A stretch of DNA of 24,497 bases from a virus. Lineage: Duplodnaviria; Caudoviricetes. The stretch lies in IMG/VR virus record IMGVR_UViG_3300034118_001689, positions 1-24,497 of that record; one strand, 5' to 3'. The translations under genes were made by a program, and so were the position numbers. Below, piece by piece: positions 16,102-23,700 of this stretch; the first letter of the stretch is position 1, and every line of letters starts with the position of its first letter. The notes below the pieces were generated by a model. It was not told where the DNA came from. It was given only the letters and a program-made list of their open reading frames with translations, and made no database searches.

Positions 16102-17751
16102 ATGAGCTACGACGAAAAGGCCAATGTAAGCATCGATGCTGATGGAAACGTGCTGAAGTGTGCCAAGGGTGCCGCCCCCACTGAATGTGGATTTGTCAAG
16201 GGTGCGGAGCTGTGTGCAAAGTGCGGAGCAACGCCATTGCAGATGAAAATGGTACCAGTCGAAGAGATGGTTGAAGAAGACATGGTCGACGCAGAGGTCG
16301 GAATGTCAAAGAAAAAGAAGAAGAAAATGATTTCTCTCCCAGATGCCGAGGGCATGGAAGAAGAAGAGGACGAAGAGGACGAGGAAGAAATTCCGGAAGA
16401 CGCCATCGGTGTAACCAAGCCAGATTTGAAGAAGCCAAGCGAAAAAGGAATGAATGCACAAGTTGGTGCAATCATGGAAGAAGAGTACGGCGACGAAGAA
16501 GACGACGAAGAAGAAGATGAAGAGGACGAAGAAGAAATGTCCTCCATGAAGATGTACGAAGAAGATGACATGTCAGAAGAGGAGCTGGAAAAAGCTTTGA
16601 ACTACATGAGAAATCGACGCATGACAAAAGCATCCATGGACGAAGATGGCGAGATGCTCGAAGAAGAAGTGGACATGGAAGAAGACGACATGTCCGAAGA
16701 TGAAGTAATGAAGGCTTTGACTTGGGCCCTCAAAAAGAAGCGCACAATGGCGGAAAAAGGATTGGATTCAGATGAGGAATTCAGTGATGACTTGGATGAA
16801 AAAATCCTATTTGATGCCTCCGACGAGGATTGGAATACGCTTAGAGAAGAAAGAATTAGCTCTCTTGGAATCAAGTCGGAAGAAATTGGTGTAGACGGTT
16901 TTGTCTGCGCACTTGACAGAAAAGCTCATCCAGCAGGAATGTCAGTATGCGACGACTGCCCAGGTGGATGCGTTGCAGAAAAGGGCCTACCTGGATTACT
17001 CCACGTTGAGGGTCTTGCAGAAAAAGCATTTGATGGATTTGTTGTTGACTCTGGCTACTCGTCAGATGCAGACATGTTTGTCATTGATGTTCAGACCAAA
17101 GACGGTGCAGTTAAGGAAGTTTTCATTGACGGAACAACTGCCGAGATTATGGGATTCCATAAGCTCGAGTCAGAAGAGTTTGAACAAAAGTCAGACTATA
17201 CAAACGTAAAACTCATTGATTTCACTGAAGCAGCTGAGATTGCAGTCAAGTCAATCGACGGGCTAGTCGTCGCAGTTGAGCCAGACGTTTTCGAAGGTTT
17301 TGATTCATACGCAGTTGAAATTGAAGGTGTTGACGGAAAGTCGTACGACGTGTTCGTTGCTCTGGATGGCGAGATTCTTGGATACGACAAGTACGAGCCA
17401 GAAGAAGCAGAAGAAATCGAAGCAGAAGCTGCCGAAATCGCACTGAAGAGAGCATTCAGCGATGAGCAGAGAGATTCAATGGCAAAAGAAGGCTCTGCGA
17501 TGTCAGATGGTTCTTATCCAATTGCTTCAGAAAACGATTTGCGCAATGCGATACAAGCATTTGGTAGAGCAAAGGATAAAGAAAAGACAAAGCGTCACAT
17601 AATGAAGAGAGCACGTGAGCTAAAGTTGGAGAGTCTTATCCCTGCAAATTGGCTCGCAGGAAGCAAGGAAAAGAGTGACGAGGTTGTAAATGATGCAGAT
17701 TTCATGGCGGCCCTTGTTGAATTCCAGCTCCTCGAAGACAATATCGACTAA
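16102..17751 (+). CDS. Acidic head-associated protein with two Cys4 clusters, tandem PepSY-like domains and a C-terminal helical domain
   Basis: ATG 16102 is preceded by AGGAG (the ORF track starts at TTG 16078). Contains CAKG...ECG...CAKCG, long D/E tracts, CALDRK...VCDDCPGGC, two PepSY-like repeats (about 16990-17160 and 17215-17390) and C-terminal GSYPIASENDLRNAIQAFGRA...IPANW. Confidence 0.8.
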   Translation: MSYDEKANVSIDADGNVLKCAKGAAPTECGFVKGAELCAKCGATPLQMKMVPVEEMVEEDMVDAEVGMSKKKKKKMISLPDAEGMEEEEDEEDEEEIPEDAIGVTKPDLKKPSEKGMNAQVGAIMEEEYGDEEDDEEEDEEDEEEMSSMKMYEEDDMSEEELEKALNYMRNRRMTKASMDEDGEMLEEEVDMEEDDMSEDEVMKALTWALKKKRTMAEKGLDSDEEFSDDLDEKILFDASDEDWNTLREERISSLGIKSEEIGVDGFVCALDRKAHPAGMSVCDDCPGGCVAEKGLPGLLHVEGLAEKAFDGFVVDSGYSSDADMFVIDVQTKDGAVKEVFIDGTTAEIMGFHKLESEEFEQKSDYTNVKLIDFTEAAEIAVKSIDGLVVAVEPDVFEGFDSYAVEIEGVDGKSYDVFVALDGEILGYDKYEPEEAEEIEAEAAEIALKRAFSDEQRDSMAKEGSAMSDGSYPIASENDLRNAIQAFGRAKDKEKTKRHIMKRARELKLESLIPANWLAGSKEKSDEVVNDADFMAALVEFQLLEDNID

Positions 17752-17771
17752 TAGCATCATGGATACCCGTT

Positions 17772-20700
17772 ATGACGGGTGATACAAATAAGACGCGAGT
17801 AATCGTTTCTCAACGATTGATATCGCCTTTATCGTGCTGCAATAATTTCAACTCCAAAGCGATTGAGTTCCGCGCGTCGGTAACCAAGTCTTTATCAATG
17901 TCGCGCCTTGATGCGGACATTGCCGTCAAGGCAGCAATGGGGGCTAAGCCGACATATCAGGACACCGACAACAAGAAGCGGGAATTTACTGGAACAACAA
18001 AACCTGGGGTAGAAGAAATCGCACCAGGGATGAGAGTGGAGACCAATAAGGCTTGGGAAGAAGGAAGAAGTCTAGTTCTTTATCCAAGTTGGAAATCAAA
18101 GCGTTCAATGAATCTTGATGCCAACTTTGGATGGATTGAGGGTAAGCAAGATACCGATTTTGAGACAGCTCAGAAAAAAAGAAAAGAAAAACCACAGCTT
18201 CAATTTACAAAATATGATGTGAACCCAAAGACTGGTGATGTCATTCCTGGTTCAGAAACACAAATTGATATGGCCTACCCACGGCTCGGTTTGTCTAGGG
18301 CGCAAAGACGCAAACAGAACAAAAACGTTAATAATCCGCAAATGCAATTCAAAGCAGGGTTACCTGGACGCTCTCTTGAATCACGTATACCGGGTGGGAA
18401 TCTTCTTGCTAGGGCAGCCGGGAGATTTGGCATAGCAAGAGACGCAAACAATAAGTTTAGGTGTCCACCAGGAACTCCTGCTGCAAACCAATTTACCGAC
18501 CATCTTGGTTCTAATTGTTTTGGCGTAAGTATGGAGAGGGCGGCAAAATTTCTTGCTGACAAAATAAATCAATTAATGACTTTCGACAGTCAACAATTAG
18601 CCCTGTCTTCCGGTGCAAAAGAAACATGGAGAGAAAGATTGCGCATGAGACGCGGCGGCGCAATGCCTGGAAGAAGTCCATCATACGATATGGAAACTGG
18701 GGAGAGAATACCAACAACCCCAGCAGAAATAGTAGATGTTCCAGGGAGAATGAGATGGTTTAAAAATGCAACAGTAAACGCACAAAGGAACCTTGCTCGC
18801 TCTGAGTCTCTCGTTCAGAGACTTGAATCAAGAACAGGAGTTCGTGATTTCACCCCAAAAGATAGAGAAATTAATAATGATAGATACGAGTTGCTATCTC
18901 GATTAAAAAATATGGGTATTTGGGACATAGATATAAAAGGAAGACTTTCAGAGGAGCAGGTCGATGAATTCATTCAGTCACGACTTGAATTAATACCAGA
19001 ATGGGATTCTTTAACTCCAGAAGAAAAAATAGCACTATTCACGGCAGACAAAAAAAGATATTACGAGACAGAGCGGGCAATGCTTGATTCACTGCTTGAG
19101 CAGTTCGTAATTAGACCAGAACATATGAGGACTGTCGGAAAAGTTGAATTCTTTCAAGACCCAATAGATGATGATAACTCAGAAGCGACAACAACGTGGG
19201 ACGTGAAATCGGAAGGCGCAGGAATAAAGTCGGTCATAAAAGTAAATATTGAGCAAATTATGACCAACCAAGAAGGTGAAGACGGGATACCTGGCATGTC
19301 ACCACGTGAGAGATTAGTTATTTCTGCTATTGGTGGAAGGACTGACGCAGAAGCAATGGCTAAAGTCGCTGACTTCCTGATTAATACAGAATACACGGCA
19401 AGAGGAATGGCTGGTCTTATTGATGGGCCGCGTTCTTTCGCTCGTCATATTATGTTGCATGAAATTGCACATACAATTCAGGGAGAAGCATTTTTAAAAT
19501 CAATTAAACAACAGATAGATGCACATGGTTATGTTGATGTTCCAGTTTATGATTATAAAAAGGGTAGATTTACTGGTGAGATAAAGCAGGTTTCTGATAT
19601 CAGAAAACTAACCGGAGGCGACCTTTCGGTGCTCGTTGTTGGTTCTCAAGACGACATAAACTTAACATCCCTCGAAGATGCAATGTCAAAAATAGAGAAT
19701 GTCGCATTTCTTGCTGGAAGCTACCCTAATGTTTCAAGAAGCGATGGCAGGATGGAAGTTTATGCACTTGAATCCACAGCTGAACTTTGGGGTCTCAGGG
19801 AAGAGGGTTTAATATTTGGGGACGATATAGATGATGCTCTGAGCTTCATGGACGATGCTGTCGGCGCAAAAGCAGCTGAAGCCAGAGCCATAACAGACCT
19901 AGAAATGCTCGAGAGGCTCGAGGAGTCGTACTTCTCTCCACTTGAAAGAGGTGAAGACGTACTGCCAATACGAAAGCATCTTCGCGCTCCAATTGAATTA
20001 GATAAAAAAGCAATTGCAGCAAAAAGAGAAGAACGTGTACTAGGTGAGTTTAAAAAGAGCATCAAGGACCTGAACCAAGAGCAGCTTGCTATAACTCTTG
20101 CCGATGTAATTGAGTTTGTAGATATGGCTGAGAGTAAGAGGAAAGAGCTTTATAGAAGTTTATCCAAAATTGAAGACTCACCGTACGATGCGGCCGAGGG
20201 TGCTTATGACGACTTGCTTGAACAGGTTGAGAAACTAGAAGAATTAATAACACTTAATAAGAAAGCACAAAAGATTGCTATTGACAAAAACACATCTTTC
20301 AATACTGATGGTAAAAAAGCATCAGACAAAGAGATATTGGATATGGCCAGGGAGATTATAAAAGGTAGAGACCCTGTTACCCCAGAAGAGGCAGCTAGAA
20401 GACTGAGCGCTGAAAGGACAGACGCGCTAAGAGCTGAAGCCGGTGCGCTTAGCGATGAGTTATTAGTTAAAAAAATAGCTGATTATGACCTTTTAGCTTC
20501 ATCTCTTAAGCCGGATAGCGATGACTACATACGTAATAGTGCTGATAGAGAAATATTCGTTCAACAGTACATAGCTAATAAACGTGCATCTGGTGACACA
20601 AGAACCCCTAGTGTTATAAAAAATGAACTAAGAGCGAGCATAACTAAAGAAATAACCGCATCTCGAGATGCCGTTGACGGTGCAAAACGCGGCAAACTTA

Positions 20701-23700
20701 AGCCTCAGAAGATGAAGAGCAAAGAGCACATTTCTGCAAATGCAAAAAAAGAACGCGCCAAGCACAGAAGAAATATAACTAAACAACAGTTTGAAGCCGT
20801 AAAAGAAATAGACGACTTCAACGTCGCTGACATAACCCAGGTTCTTGACCCGAATAAGCAATTGGTAGTTGGAAGAGCCATAAACAAGAGAAATGCTCGT
20901 CTAAAGAGGCTTGGGCTTGATTCGGACCCATCATCAATTGATGAGGGCTCACTTGACGAGCAGGTGGAGAATATTCTCATTCCTGCCATGGAGGCAATGG
21001 ATGCATCAAGCATAACCACGCCATTTGAAATGGAAATGTTTATTGATTCGTCGAAGGTGGCGCGAGTCAAGCCAGGAAAAGAAATAGACCTTGATACTTT
21101 TGGTCAAGGCAAGGTTCTTTCACGCTCCATGAAGGCTGGAAAACCAGAAAAAGGAACAAAGAAAAAACGAGTGATAGTTCGCATGCAAGAGGGCGACAGG
21201 GGATTGTTCCCACTTGCCAAAAAAGGCGAAGACCAGAACTTCGTAATACCGCCAGGGAAACTTCGTGTTGTTGGTAGGGATAAAGATGGAAGCCTAATCC
21301 TTGAAGTTTCCTTACAGAAAGACACCGTTGACGTACTCGACGACTTGTCAAAGTCAATCGGCGATGGACCAGATGATGCAATCTGGCGTAAAGGCGCCAA
21401 GAGAAAGATTCAGGCGGTCGCCGACAGATACGCAGTAAGAAGAAAAGATGATGCCGCTGGGACAAAATCCGATGATGCAGCAAAGATTACAGAAACAAGC
21501 GAATCTATTGTTTCTGAGGTGTCTGAATTGGGTGGAGAATTTGGAGAAACATTCTCAGAAAGCCTTTCATCTGGAGCGCGGGAAACAACAGAATCTCTCA
21601 GAACTAAGCGTCAAGAAAGATTCAAGTCTGTACTTGGGGAAGTTAACTCACGTCCAGAACCGCTGCTATCTTCGATGTCAGCTCTCAGGCAGGAAAATGA
21701 GATAGTTCACCGCCGGGTGGAGGAAATACTAAATACTGAATCATTTGAGCAGATAAATGAAAGAATAGAAAACGCTGCACTGAAGCTTCACTCCGGATTT
21801 GATAGACGGGTTCGCGTAAGAATGAAAGAGAACGATATAGAAGAGTTCTCGAAGTCTGGAAAGGTTCGTGCCCTTGGTCTCTCCTCTGGCGCCGTTGGCG
21901 GTGACGGAGAAACGAGACGAACAGGAAGATTGTCAAGAAGGGTAGAAGAATTCAAAAACATAACAGAACAGAAGGTTGCCGCAGTTGGAGCAACGGAAGA
22001 ATTCAAGAAACTTAGAGGAGCTGGTCTTGGCAATGGTGGTTTAGATAGGCTCAACGACGAGACGCTCAAGCGAGAGCACGGACTAGAGCGCTCCGGACAA
22101 AAAAGCGTTCTTTCTGACAATCCGATATATAGAACAGATTCGGCAGAACAGGCAATCGCATTGCTCGCCCTTGGCTATGAAGTTGAAGTGATAGATGATG
22201 GCGAGAGGAAAATGGTTAAAAATGCCGCCATCCAGACAGAGGAAGAGCTGAAGAAGTTCGCCGTAGAAGAAGCCAAAAGGCTTGGAATCCCGGATTCAGA
22301 TACAGACAGATTCGTAAATGCCTTCATAGAAACACATGACATTGATTTGTGTGCTCTTTATAACGCAAATACAAATGTCTTTTGCAGCGAACATCTTGAT
22401 GTCAGGCGTGAGCACATGCCACAGAGCGAAGGTGCAGCGCAAAATGCAAATTCACCAGCTTTAAGGGCTCTAGTTTCTGGGCATGTAGAGGGGAAGTATT
22501 CCCCTAAATCTGGATTGTCAGACGAAGACACCAATCGATATAAAGAAATAACAAAAAAACTTGGAAATCCAGCAAAGTTCTCCGAAGTTTCAGAAGAAGA
22601 TAAACAGTGGGCATTCAGCAATACCGACTGGAGTAAAGTCGAGCCCAACACTGCTCCAGAGTTGATGCAATTCTTAAAGAATGTTCTCGGCGGAGAGGGG
22701 TCTGTGGTTAGAAAGTCCAAAAGCCCAGATTTGCTTAAAGCATCACAGAAACAGCTCAGAAATTCACAAATTGACAAACAAGCTCAGAACATCCTCGATG
22801 AATACAATGCAGCACGAAAGACATGGGGCGTAGAGGGAAGCCCAGAATTTAATGAAAAACGTGCCGAGTTCTTAAAACAGGCATGGTTTCAGTTACCAAT
22901 ACTTGTATCGGATGATGGTTATGTTGTAGACGGTCACCACAGGTGGGCTGCTATAAAAATGTTTAACGACCATGTACCAGAAGCAGAAAGAATAGAAGTT
23001 CAGGTCAATGAACTGCAAAAAAATATCTTCGAATCAATTATATTGGCAAAAGTATTTCAAGAGCATATGGAGATAAAGGGAAAGACTGTTGGGAAAGTCA
23101 AGCCTTTTGTGGATGGCGAAACAAACCCAATGTCAAAAGCTGAGTTTGACGAACATATTCAAAAAGCACAAGACTCAGTGCAAGAGCTGGCAAAAAAAAT
23201 TAAGGATGATGGGTTATACCCATTCACCGTACAGGGGGTTATACCGGAAGAAGAGCGCTCTCCTGGCCTAAAAGCCAACAGAGACAGGTCTGTTAAAGAG
23301 TACGGAATGACATGGAAGCCTGAATACTCGAAAGTAAAATCAGTTGAGGAATCAAAGAAATGGGACGGCTGGGATGGTGTTGAGGTAACCGAAGTTGACC
23401 TGTCATCAGACATTCTTCCTACAGAATCACACCTGAAGGGCGAGTCGATTGACAAAGTTGTTTCTGGTGGTGAGCCTCTTAGAGAGGGGTACTTCGTAAA
23501 CCTAGTTATTGACCAAGACGGAAAAATGTACGTTTCCGACGGTCACAATAGGGTGGCAATGAATAGAGCTCTTGGAAACGAGAAGATTCAGGCGCGTGTC
23601 GTTGACCTTAGAAGAGTAGAAGCTCCATGGGGTGAGCAGAGTTCTGGAAAAACAACATACAAGGGATACGACTTGGTCGAACCTTCCAACCCGTTGCCAA

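Noticed and set aside
16355-16710. GAA/GAC-rich repeats
   Set aside because: Low-complexity coding for poly-Glu/Asp tracts, not an independent repeat element.
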